From NCBI GenBank assembly GCA_030141605.1, contig JAQGDQ010000630.1, forward strand, positions 59,232 through 123,231: DNA of 64,000 nucleotides. Direction: 5' to 3'. The position numbers and the translations under genes are program-made. Shown piece after piece: positions 12,601-50,825 of this stretch (within the stretch, counting starts at the first letter, position 1; every line of letters starts with the position of its first letter). This stretch comes from Tubiluchus corallicola (lineage: Eukaryota; Animalia; Priapulida). The notes below the pieces were generated by a model. That model had not been told where the DNA came from and did not search any database. It saw only the letters and a list, made by a program, of their open reading frames with translations.

Positions 12601-14212
12601 GCGCTCTGGTGAGCCGATAATGATTTTGTGCCTCATTATAATCATTATTGTCAGGCTATATATCATACAGTTTATTATTGTGTTATACAAAGATAGATAT
12701 TAAAATGTTTTATTATGTTACATATACGTTGAAAAGATATCATGAATTCGTGGCCAATTAAACTGTCAGGTGTTCACCTTTCCACCATACCAACACAATA
12801 AACGTTTTGAGTGCAAATGCCGCTCAAGGCAGATCGCCAGCATTAACTACATCACTGGTTTCCATTATTTGCTTTTTACAAAATTTTTATAGTGAATTAA
12901 GTACACAGCTCCGTGAACTCATATAATTATTATATAAAATGCAATTTGCGTTTAAATTTAACAAATACTGCACCATTAAAAGCTGGCAAAACGATCCCAA
13001 AATATGCAAAATATAAACAAACGTGCCTCGATCCACAAAAGACGTGGCGCCATCTGTCGAACACGACACTCACTAATTTAACAGATGACGGAGTCGGTAG
13101 ACCCGCCTAGTTCTACCTGACGAAATGGATTCAATAGAACAATTCATGGTCTAATGCACGTGAGCGTATCCAATCCCAGCAATTACCTTGATGAAGGCAG
13201 AATACCTTACAATATCATGAAGTGTTATGCCTCTTGCTGAACGTCTTGTATGCTTTTGTTGAACGTATTTTAGCCACGACAGGCAAACAAATCAATTAAA
13301 ATAAACTAGATTGCAAATTCCTAGCTCATAAAACAACCTATTAATATCTGTGAAGATACGTGTCTATTTCATCCATCATGAATGAAACGCCACGTGTACG
13401 TGTGTCTTAATTGGAGTCTTACTGTGACAAGTAAGTTGTTAAGCCTAATATAATATATTATTTATTTTTCTGTGGGCACGCACATTTTAATACAATTCCA
13501 TGTTAACTTAAGGTAGCTAATACTACATGTTATTCATTAAAAATTGATTAGTTAATTGTCTCTCTTACTTATAGAAAATTGCAAATTGTTTTATTTTATT
13601 AAGCACCTTGCTGTAAAACCACAAATATTTGTATAATTTCTTAAAAATGAAAAATAAAACAAAATTGAGCTTGCCTTGCAAAATGTGTATAAATTTATAT
13701 ATAATATATTATAATAAATTTCCTATTTATAGAATGCATCAAAGCAACTGCTTGTGGTGTAATAACATACTGCTTGTAAAGCTAAAATTACTAAACTAGC
13801 ATCTTTGTGAAGTGAAAAAATTAGATTTTTATAAGCAAAAACCTTGCGACACTCACTTATTGTTCCTTTTTTAATCTTCCACTGCATGATGTAGGATTTT
13901 GACAGCATTCATGCAAATAATCTAACTGCTCTGTAACACCACAAAGATAATCTCACTGCTTACGGTGTGGTAGCGAATTAAAAGCAAACCTTGGCATTTT
14001 TAATTACTCCAACAAAAGTTGTGAATCACAAACTGTATCAACTAAGTGCTGTAAACTTCACCACCATAGGCATTTATTTCCAGAAGTTGAAGACAATGTT
14101 TCAGCAGCTTTTTCTGCCACTGTTTAGTATGTATACGTAGTCAGCAACATTAATCAAAATTTTTAACGTGTAAAATAAGTTTTGGTTCATAATAAGTTTA
14201 TAAAAATAAATA

Positions 14213-14771
14213 CCGTATATACTCGCATATAAGCCTACATCGCATATAAGCCGACACCCTAAAACTGCTTTAAAATGGCCAGTTTTTGCAAAAACCTGTA
14301 TATAAGCCGACCATCAACTTTTCTCATCCATGTTGCCAATTCTGCAGAGAGGGAAGTCACCAGCCTTTCTTTGATCAATAACATACTTTTGAAAACCCAA
14401 AAGTTTATGTTCATATTGTGATGGCAATTTTTGTGCAATTTTCGTTCTCTGTCTCAAACTTATAGAGTGTCTGTTCAGAAAACGTGTACACCAATATGTT
14501 CCTCTATAAGCCACGTGACCCTCGTCTCCCCACGCGCTGCCTACCAATTGGCTGATGACGTCGGCTTCACCACTAGCTCACCTCCTCCAATACACCACTG
14601 GTGACACACAACCAAATAAAGAGTCAGATAGCGATGAAAATGTGTGGCTGGAAAATTGGCATTAGTGTCTGTCCTTGTGTTCATTTTGTTTCATGCGCAT
14701 ATAAGCCGACCCCCTGATTTCAGTATTGTATTTTATAGTTCTAAATTCGGCTTATATGCGAGTATATACGG
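14213..14771. mobile_element. Tc1/pogo (Tigger-like) MITE just upstream of the FucT coding exon
   Basis: TA|CCGTATATACTCGCATATAAGCC..GGCTTATATGCGAGTATATACGG|TA, perfect TIR. Confidence 0.88.
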
Positions 14772-14888
14772 TAGTTGACAAGTGTTTGTGCTGTGTAACA
14801 TGTTACTATCACTTATTTTCACCGTTTTATCTTTAATTTTAGTACAGACATGTAGAAGAACCTGCAACAGTCGCTCAGAATAGATTTG

Positions 14889-16229
14889 ATGAATTTTCTT
14901 TGTGCAAAGAAGTTGTTATCAGTTTCAATATTCGTCCTATTGTGCTGCTTAATATCTCTCCTCGTGTCTATGAAACACACGACCAAAACCAGCGTCACGA
15001 GTGTCCATCCCAAAATCGCTCCCTGGTGGGCAAAAGATCAAACAGCAAATGAAAATCAAGATCAAATGGTAAATGAAAATCAAGATCAAACGGTAAATGA
15101 AAATAAAGATCAAACGGTAAATGAAAATAAAGATCAAACAGCAAATGAAAATGTTAAGAATGACTTGCACGAAAGCAAGGTGTTGCGAGAAGAGAAGAAA
15201 AACTACAAAACTGTCCTCTTCTGGACGAAACACTTCGGTAAGCCGTGGTTCAAATCTTGGGGTCGGGATGTGTTCAAAGACTGTCCTAAGGCAAATAACT
15301 GCCTGGCAACTAACGACTCGTCCTTGCTCACTTCGGCTGATGCAGTCATTATACACTTCTTTGATTTGAGCAAAACTAAAATGCCTGAAAGTTACCATCC
15401 GAGGCAGCGGTTCGTATTTGTGCTTCACGAACCCGCCTCGCATATATTTTTAAAAGTGAAATCACTACGCGGGTTTAACGACTACTTTAACTGGACGATG
15501 ACGTATCGATTAGATTCGGACATCCCGGTTCCGTACGGCCACATCGAGAAGAGGCGTACGCCCATCGACTATCATCCGAACATAGCGAAACGCAAGTCGA
15601 AATTTGCCTTGTGGTTCGTCAGTAGATGTCCTTCCAAGAGCAGACGTGAAGAGGTGGCAAAGGAGCTGAAAAAGTTCATTCCGATCGACATTTACGGAAG
15701 AAATTCCAATTGCAATCAAAGTAAATGTACCGACTGCAAAGTCAACGAAATGTTAGACCACCAGTACAAGTTTTACTTAGCATTTGAAAACAGTTTGTGC
15801 AAGGACTACGTCACGGAGAAGTTCTTCCGAAACCTCAAACACGACATCATACCCGTCGTGTTTGGCGCCGCCAATTACTCAAAGATGGGCCCGCCAAATT
15901 CCTTCATAAACGTCTTCGATTTTCCAAACCTGGAAAAGTTAGCGGACTATTTAAAGATGGTCGCCGCGAACGACACGCTGTACAATCAGTACTTTGAGTG
16001 GCGCAGGAATTACAAAGTCAGGGAGGGTACTCTGTACAACAGTTGGTGCAGACTATGCGAGAAATTGAACAATCCACTCGAAAAAACAAAAACTTACGAA
16101 AACTTAGAAAAATGGTGGATAACGGATAGTCACTGCAAGAGCTTTCTGCACGATAAACCACGGATCACGTTAGCCGATACCTTCAGAGTCTTCAGGTACC
16201 ATGAGCAAGGAAGAAAAGACTATGGATAA
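14889..16229 (+). CDS. Alpha-(1,3)-fucosyltransferase (GT10), single coding exon, type II membrane protein
   Basis: ORF from ATG 14889 with N-terminal TM (VSIFVLLCCLISLLV), VLFWT, ADAVIIH, FNWTMTYRLDSDIPVPYG and the alpha-1,3-FucT motif YKFYLAFENSLCKDYVTEKF..IIPVVFG..PPNSFINV..YFEWR. Confidence 0.95.
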   Translation: MNFLCAKKLLSVSIFVLLCCLISLLVSMKHTTKTSVTSVHPKIAPWWAKDQTANENQDQMVNENQDQTVNENKDQTVNENKDQTANENVKNDLHESKVLREEKKNYKTVLFWTKHFGKPWFKSWGRDVFKDCPKANNCLATNDSSLLTSADAVIIHFFDLSKTKMPESYHPRQRFVFVLHEPASHIFLKVKSLRGFNDYFNWTMTYRLDSDIPVPYGHIEKRRTPIDYHPNIAKRKSKFALWFVSRCPSKSRREEVAKELKKFIPIDIYGRNSNCNQSKCTDCKVNEMLDHQYKFYLAFENSLCKDYVTEKFFRNLKHDIIPVVFGAANYSKMGPPNSFINVFDFPNLEKLADYLKMVAANDTLYNQYFEWRRNYKVREGTLYNSWCRLCEKLNNPLEKTKTYENLEKWWITDSHCKSFLHDKPRITLADTFRVFRYHEQGRKDYG

Positions 16230-17440
16230 TTGTAAAAAATGAACTGCTCAAGTTTTTTCACAAATAAAAGGCACATTTCGGTAAGCTTCGCACTTTTCCG
16301 TTAGTTTGACATTTGTGCTAGGTGAATCATTGCCTGTATTACACGGTACATTCGTGCATGTGCAACTTGCCAGAAAATTTAAGAACCTGTTTGATGATTG
16401 CTTGTCACTGATTCACAGTCGTACAGGGTGTTCTAGAAAAAACGGTTCTTGCTGCATTTGTCTACTTGCTTACAAACACAAAACTAGATAAACACATATG
16501 ACGGAATTGGCCAGACGAGCTGACAGAATGACTTAGAGATTGTGTGATCACGGCATTCGAATCCTAATTCAAAGGTTCTTAGTTCAAATTCAGGCTCAGT
16601 CACAAGTTTTTGCTATTCCTCTTTCTTAGAGAAGTCAATAAAGAAAAAACTGGGTTTGCTCAATTGGCAATTTTGATGGTCTTGGAATTACGAACTGCTC
16701 ATTTGTATTGTAATTGTTCGGCTAAAAGGTGCCTCACTGTATCAAATCTACTGAATTGAAAAGGTAAACAGATGAAATGAATGCAGCGGCGGATTATGAT
16801 TTTATGGGCCTTAGGCTTGAGCTTGGAACGGGCCTTTTAAATGTTGCTACACTGCTGAGCTGACGTGTTTTTGTGGAGCTCTCGTCGTTTGTAAGTTTGT
16901 TTAATTTTGTGAGTTTTTGCCCACCGATTGTGATAAAAATTATATCTTCTTGATCCCTGAGTTGTGGACTAGGACTATATAAACACGATTACAGCTTGCT
17001 CTTTTGTCAATTTATTTTTTTTACAAAAAAAAATTTTTTTTTCGTTTTATCTTGCCGGGCCCCTTTTGATCCCGGGCCTTAGGCTTCAGCCTATAGGGCT
17101 ATCCGCTACAGAATGAACGGATGAAAACATTACTTAACTTTGCAATCTGTACTCAAAATCATAGTCCCTTAGTCAATCCCTTAGTCAATAACACAAAAAT
17201 GGTAAACATAATCATCAGTATTAAAGAAATGGTAAGTGGTAATCTGAGACGCACTTTCTTCTCCTCAGAGTAAAGACAGTAAAATCATTCCATCTATTAG
17301 GAGCACCAAAAAGGAGCATTGCCATCTTAGTGCAGCTGATGACCTGCTGTTTTCAAATGACAGTTTGCCTCATCGCAACTGAAACGAAATAGATAAAGTA
17401 CAAAATCCGTGGAAAATGTCAGAGGAACGTAGTCGTAAAA

Positions 17441-17908
17441 CAGGGGTGTGCAAATTATCTGACTAGCCAGGCCACATTAAACATTCCTGCAATTCCTGTG
17501 GGCCACAGACAGTTTGATCAAGGAGCCAAGTACAGAAAGGCCTAATAACGATTTATTTTGCATCCGACCTACTACACTCAAGAAACTATTTTAGAAGTTA
17601 TTAAAATTTATATTACAAACCATATGTTTCTACTTTCAGGACAGATAGTGGTAATTTCATTACAATGCATATTAGTAATGTGTATCACACAGTCTGTGTA
17701 GTACAGTGACATCAAGCTACAACCGTCTTGTAAGGGTTAATGGCATCCGATCTAGTAGAAAAAACTACCCACGCTATCTTTGGGATCGTAGCACGGACTT
17801 CAGCTGGATACACTCAATTAATCGCCCGGGCCGCACTTTCATTAGGTTGACAAATCTCTTCACGGCCCGCACAAATTCTCTCGGCGGGCCACAATTTGCA
17901 CACCCCTG
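17441..17908 (+). mobile_element. hAT MITE family A copy 3
   Basis: Same TIR and body; TSD TCGTAAAA. Confidence 0.9.
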
Positions 17909-18289
17909 TCGTAAAATAATCAACAGTTCCACTCAGCCTATGCACAGACTACGTTTATCTAATTAATTATATGTGATAACTAATGTAATTTTAATGTTAT
18001 CAAAATTGTCAATGGAGAAAACCCACTATTTTCTTTACTAAATTGTCTGAAAAAGAGAAATTGCAAAAATTTGAGTCTAAGCCTGGATTTGAACAAAGGA
18101 CCTATGAATTACAAGTTGAATGCCACGACCACACAATCTCTTTCTAAATCATTCTGTCAACTCATCAACCCGTCTGGTCAATTCCATCAGCTAGCTGTTC
18201 CATCTGGTCTCATGTTAGAGAGCAAGTAAAGTACCGTAATTTTCACTCGACGAATTTAAGCTGATGACTCCAACAAATCTGTTCACGTA

Positions 18290-18472
18290 CAGGGTGTTCC
18301 AGAAAAACCAGTGCAGTAGCCGGTCAAATCATGATGTAATGTGGTTGAGTGCTGTCATCTAGTGAGAGATTATGCTGTAACAGTTCCTGGCGGTTACCTA
18401 CCACAGCTTCTTGTACATTCCTATACGACCATTCAGCGTATTTCTGCTAAACCTTTTCTTCTGGAACACCCT
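18290..18472. mobile_element. Short Tc1-type MITE
   Basis: TA|CAGGGTGTTCCAGAA..TTCTGGAACACCCTG|TA. Confidence 0.7.
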
Positions 18473-18877
18473 GTACAACGGTGAATCATTGACGAACAAC
18501 TGTCAAACAGATCCTAAACGTTTTCTTACGGCATCGAAAGTTATGGTTTTGCCTGCAACTGATACATCTCAACATTCGCTCTGCAAAGAGAGGGAGAGTT
18601 TTTGTTTAGTTTGCACTTTCACATGTACAATACAGAATTCAAATTTGTTTTAAAATAAACATGTAAATTTATTCAGTTATAAGTTTGATAACAGCAAAAT
18701 GGCATATTTAAACAAGTCATAATCACAGTAAATGCAGTGCAGAAATGTCAGAAAGCTGTCTGTGAATACTTCACTGCCAATACACAAATATATTTAAAAA
18801 TATTTTAACACAACTTTATTAAAATCATGCCAGACGTTTTGAAATGTTTGCCCTGATTTTAACTTTTTAATGTAAAC

Positions 18878-19359
18878 CAAGGCTGTGCAAATTGCGGCCC
18901 GCCGAGAGAATTTGTGCGGCCCGCGAAGATATTTGTCAACCTAATGAAAGTGCGGCCCGGGCGATTAATTGAGTGTATCCAGCTGAAGTCCGTGCCACGA
19001 TCCCAAAGATAGTGCAGGTAGTTTTTTCTACTAGATCGGATGCCATTAACCCTTACAAGACGGTTGTAGCTTAATGTCACTGTACTACACAGACTGTGCG
19101 ATACACATTACTAATATGCATTGTAATGAAATTACCACTATCTGTCCTGAAAGTAGAAATATATGGTTTGTAATATAAATTTTAATAACTTCTAAAATAG
19201 TTTCTTGAGTGTAGTAGTAATGATGTACGCAGGTCGGATGCAAAAAAAACGTTATTGGGCCTTTCTGTACTTGGCTCCTTGATCAAACTGCCTGTGGCCC
19301 ACAGGAATTGCGGGAAAGTTTAATGTGGCCCGGCTAGTCAGATAATTTGCACACCCCTG
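18878..19359 (-). mobile_element. hAT MITE family A copy 4
   Basis: Inverted copy; TSD ATGTAAAC. Confidence 0.9.
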
Positions 19360-19712
19360 ATGTAAACGATTTAATGAAGTTGTGTTGTTTTTAACTATAA
19401 AATCAAACAACATTTCAACAACTAAACATATTATCACTTGATTTTGTAAAAATGATCCGTTTCACAAAATCTAACTACAATGGATGTTACAGAGGCTTGT
19501 GAAGTCTGACATGTGCGAGACGCTAAAAACAACTGAAAAGAAAGGAAGATAAATACGTAGTATACAGAAGTGGTATTTTAAGAACATTAAACATTATTTA
19601 ATACTTTTTTTCAATACAATTCAAAGGTTTATTTATCTCTAATATGATATTTATGGCGCAAATACAACAAATCATGTAAAGTATGTAGAGATGGGGTGGC
19701 GAAAGACCAGGA

Positions 19713-19898
19713 GGTCATCGAGTCAGCCACCCCTATATAACTTAGAAATATTATAAAGCACGGCAGACTACATGGTCATCGAGTCAGCCACCCCTATATA
19801 ACTTAGAAATATTATAAAGCACGGCAGACTACATGGTCATCGAGTCAGCCACCCCTATATAACTTAGAAATATTATAAAGCACGGCAGACTACATGGT
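19713..19898. repeat. 61-bp tandem repeat x3 within a minus-strand LINE-like 3' end
   Basis: Unit GGTCATCGAGTCAGCCACCCCTATATAACTTAG..GACTACAT; overlaps the hairpin at 19693-19733. Confidence 0.8.
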
Positions 19899-20778
19899 TA
19901 AATGAATAATACGTAGTTAGATCTTAGGTGCAGCAAATAAACAAAATGCAAAGCAGTTATATTATAATTTTACCAATGGAAAAAAAGCAAGCAAATAATG
20001 CAGTTAAATATTAAAACAACAACTGAACAAGATGCAGTTCAGTCATGAGTGCAACAACAAAAAAGCAAGCAATGTGGTTAAATCATAAATGCAGCAAATG
20101 AACTAAAATGTAGTTAAATAATGAATGCAAAACAAAAAACAAAAGGAAGAAAATTTGTGCAATAAATCTTAAATGTAATAAATGAACAAAAGCAATCAGT
20201 AATCACAGTAGCATAGTTGCTACTATGCCGTCATTTCAAAAGCTTCTACTTTGTTTAGGATTGAAAGATAGCAAATATATTCACACGACTGACACCGGAT
20301 TAAGAAAGTAACAAACATCTGTCGCAAATCATATAATAATCATATAAATGCATAAAAGGAATACCATCTCAATTTCAATATATTTTTCCTCGCAAGTCAG
20401 AAAAAATGTTGACTTCCTAATAAACAAGATGGACATACTGAATAAAAGTACCAAGGCAAAAATTTTTTTCTAATTAGAAAAATAATTTGGGACTGAAAGG
20501 GTTAACAGTGACAATTTTATGCCCCCCCCAGCTATTTTTCTAGCAAGACATTTAATAGAGCTTTAAAAATACTATCACAGCATAGAAAACCTTCCCTTTA
20601 AGCTAAAGGATTCGTACTCTCTCCTGATTGGATATTATCTTCATTGTCTTCAAAATGACTATCGTCCGGCACGAGAAGCGTATGCCACGACAATGACAGC
20701 ATTGTCTGAAAAACAGGAAAACGACATTTAACTTACAATGTAAAAAACGGTTTGTTTGTCACTCTGTCTGTCAGCAGA

Positions 20779-21166
20779 TGTGGAAGTTGTAATTGTACAT
20801 TTTTAGGTGCTGCCATCTATTAACTAATCATTTTACATTTTACTAGCTAAACTCACTCCCAGTATAATTGTACGGTCCAGTGAATGCATATTCACTGGAT
20901 CTCTCCCTATTTTACAGTAATGGTTTTTGTGAAGCCAAGTTCCATAATCACCTATACCTATATATGCTGACTGGATTTACTTTCTAGTCACTGTCTAACT
21001 CTCAGTGTTCAGTGCAGGACACTCTCATTCTCAGTGTTCAGTGCAGCAGTCATTCTACTCAAGTGTATGTAGTTTAATAAACACTTTTCTGTGCAAATAT
21101 GTAGAATAGTTTTTTATTCTTGTTCTACAAAGTGAGTGATCTACAACTTTAAACATGACTTTCACA
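20779..21166 (+). mobile_element. Solo LTR-like element, copy 1
   Basis: TG..CA ends, TATA-like and AATAAA motifs, flanks GCAGA/GCAGG; homologous to 54251-54676. Confidence 0.6.
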
Positions 21167-21382
21167 GCAGGCGTTGCTCATGCTAGAATATGAGAAGACT
21201 AATCGAAATGCAAAACACAAATTAGTTATCACTCTCTTCAAACTTGCCAGCTTATCTATTCTACGAATGAATACAAGGACGACTATTTAACGATAAAATT
21301 ACGTGTGGTCAGTGGAGAAACATAATTCTTTTACAACGCAACGCATACTGTACATTCTCTCAGGCACCATACTGATGATTTT

Positions 21383-21750
21383 TGTTGTGTTTTGTTTCTC
21401 TCGGAAGGCTCGTAGAGAAAACCAGAAAACACTTCATCAAATTAAACTAGTTTATTAAGCGAGAATTCTACAACACAATAGTATGAAGGTATGCGAAATG
21501 TTTACAATGTTTACAGTAAATGTGAAAATCTGGAAAACGTTTGAGTGTATCTGAAAGTACAAGTATACAAGAGAATGTGTAAGTGGCGTCGGTGCGAAAT
21601 CTGCGTGTCTCCCTCTCAGCGGCCGCTTCGCCTTATATAGGGTGCCAGGGAACATTCTAGACGTTTCTTTCTAGAACATTCTACAAGGTAAGACGATTAT
21701 TCTAATGGAACATTCTACAATGTTCTATTTAATTCTAATAGATGCCAGCG
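21383..21750 (-). mobile_element. Second LTR-like repeat
   Basis: Minus strand has TAGAATGTTC repeats, CTATATAAGGCG, AATAAA and a ..ACA end; a fragment recurs on + at 54860-54925. Confidence 0.45.
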
Positions 21751-22424
21751 ATGAAAGCATTGAAAGCTAATACCTGGGAATACGTTGCCGTATGCGAGCA
21801 GCAACTGAACCCTTTCTTTTATACAGCATAAGCACAAAAACCTGTACACAACGTATATCTTTCCTTTCAATCTCATTTTATAATTTTCATGTGGCAGGAT
21901 TACAGTTAGCAGAGTTAAAGGAAAACTGGACGATTGTTTAAACTCAATCTCATTTTAATTTACTGTCCAAATATACATTTTCTTGCATATAAAAGTTAAC
22001 AATTGTTCCTGTTCCTCATATTTGAATGATTAGCTTAGAAAGTTAATTAACGGTAACCAAACACAGCTATTGCTTTCGTCAGAAACTAACCACAATTTGT
22101 GCAATGGCAGGCATTTTCCCTTGTGCGTAAAGCAGGTTTGTAAGTGTGTTATTGTTTAAATGTGTGATGTCACGAAAATGGGCTCAACGTCATATGACGT
22201 CAGAAACTAACACTGCAGTTCATGATCATAGTTATCACGGTACCGCCTTCTATTTGTCTGCCAAATGAATGTGACAAAAAGGCGCCGTTGTCAATCTTAG
22301 TAGATTCACTGAGCCGCGTAGCTTTGAAAGTTTAACGAAATTTGAGTATCTGAGGTAATTATTATTTAATTTAAGCTTTGATTTAAAAAAAGCTACTGTA
22401 GTTTTCAATATTTTAAAGTTTTAT

Positions 22425-48523
<26,099 letters not shown>

Positions 48524-50825
48524 GATCAATTTGCAAAACAACTATTTCTCTTTTCAATCAAAGGTAAATTGCACGCTATGGAAGCAGCCATGATAATAAG
48601 TTTAATTCAGACGCGATTTTTGCATCATGAGCCGCGGCCGCGTTCAGTACTCAGTCATTCGAGAAGTCCCGATACAGGAGATTGGAGCCTACACGGCTGC
48701 ACCTCAACTACAGGCATTTAACTTGCCATAGCCAATTTAATTTAATGTTCACAATACCGTTATGCTATTATAACGTTAGCTGTTACTTTCATAAAAAGTG
48801 AAACTTTTCGTAATTCGTGTATTTACGTGATCTATTATCTCTTCTCATTGTAAATTATGAAAAATTTTCTTGATAGCTAGTTGATTACAACGAGTTCCAA
48901 AATTGAGTGAATAATCTGTGTACTTTCTTTTGGCCTAATTAATTAATGGTGCATTATGAATAAATTTTTCTTAACTGTAATTACACCATATTAGCGCTTA
49001 CATCAGCTCATGAAACGCTCAGTGAAACATTTTAACTGTCAAGAAGACTTTGCAATGACAGTGCCTTACAAATATATGTATTCTTGTTTTACTATAACCC
49101 AAGCAATTAAAGATAATAATTGTTGAGTTCTTGTTTTGATTATGCATTTATATTTTCCAGCATTTAATACAGGTGTATGACGTATTTACTGTAAATTTTG
49201 CAGTAAACTGTTACAGCTAAAATCACGTAGATCATGTAGATAAAATGAATAAAACTTTCTTGAATGATTTACTCTTTCATGATTGAAAACAGCCAAGTTT
49301 ACTGTTAGATGGCAGCACAGTTTTACAAATCTACACTAACGGTATGGCTATAGGTGTAACACACACAGCGAAACATAGAAACACAGATATTTCGCACTTG
49401 AAAAAATCATATTCATCAAAAATTCAACAACAGCTTATACCTATACATGATTGTCTAAATTTTGTCTTATACATTTTTTAACAAAAATTTTTAACTGCAT
49501 TCCATAAAATTATATCAAGAATAATACGCATTAAACAAAGTTACTATAAAAACATGCCGAAAACTTAACATTGACCATATTCAAAAAGAATTTCAAGAAC
49601 AATTTCATTTTACACAGTCTATCTAATGGTGCTGTACTGATTCCACTCTTCTAGTTACTAACAATTAACAATTTAAAACAATCAAATTTTCTTGATTATA
49701 AAAATTTGCGAATGATAAAGAATACAATTAACAAAAAGTGCAAAATCACTCATCAGAAATATTCAGTTGCGCTAAAGAACTGTTATAACTAACGACATAT
49801 GTGTGTTTGCAAACCAAAACCATCCAAAAGTCGGCATAGTTAACACTGCATCATGATTCTTCAAAGTAGAATGCACCAAAAAATTTGGTCAAATGTCAAT
49901 TTTTTGTTTTTTTTATAGAAACAATTACTAAATATATTGGACTTTTACATTCTAGCATCAAATTATCAAAAAAATGTCCAAAAAGTACTAAAAATTGAAT
50001 TTTAAAACTCCTTACCCAATTTTCTATCTAGAAACTAGTACTGCAATTGCAAAAAAACACCTATTTTCAAACTCCGATAACAGCTTGTGGAAGCAGTCAT
50101 TTTGCTTCGGGTTTTTTCTGTTGACAAGCCCAAATCTTTGTCAGGAAGAGCCATCTACTGGATTTAAACATAACTTCAATGTGTTTTTGCAAAGTCCATA
50201 GCAATCAACATTTGTGCGGTTGGTAAGTGCTTTGTTGAAATGTGAAAAAAACAATGGCTAATTTTAACAGCAGTTTTCTCAAGGTAACGTTTGTCAGCGC
50301 ATAGCTGGCACCTCAACTTCGAGATGGATTATCTCGGCTAAGAAATAACGCAGAGTGATGAACTTGGTATCAAAATGAACCTCGTGAAATGGAGATTCAG
50401 GATATGTGAATAACTAGAACAATGGCTGACTTTAACAGTGATTTTCTCAAGATTATGTTTTTCACTGTGCAGCCTGCACCTCAACTTCAACGTGGATTAT
50501 CTCAGCTTAGAAATAACGCAGAGTGATGAACTTGGCATCAAAATGATCCTCGTGAAATGGAGATTCAGGATATGTGAATAACTGGAAAAGCCTAATTATT
50601 GACGATTTTGCTATGCAAGCTTACAATTAACAATTTAAAGCAATCAATTTTTCTTGATTAGAGCGAATGATAAAGAAACCAATTAACAAAAGATGCAAGA
50701 TAATCATCATAAATATTCAGTTGCGCTAAAGAACTATGATAAAGTATGATTTATAACTAACAACATATAATGATCAACAACTCTGTGACATCTGGAATGT
50801 CGGAGGTTCTAGCGCTGTTCTACAA

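Noticed and set aside
14949-15443. 164-aa antisense ORF over the FucT gene
   Set aside because: Shadow of the real CDS and its 24-bp repeat.
17330-18300. Hammerhead ribozyme at CTGATGA motifs (17336, 18261; others near 14552, 21372, 33977)
   Set aside because: I could not build stem II plus GAAA and the cleavage-triplet helices around any of them.
49655-50770. Local duplications (49655-49800 vs 50620-50770; 50250-50590 x2) as a structured element
   Set aside because: Diverged simple duplications downstream of MGST1 with no termini, ORF or fold I could support; likewise 30680-30950, 51780-51900 and 57880-58200.
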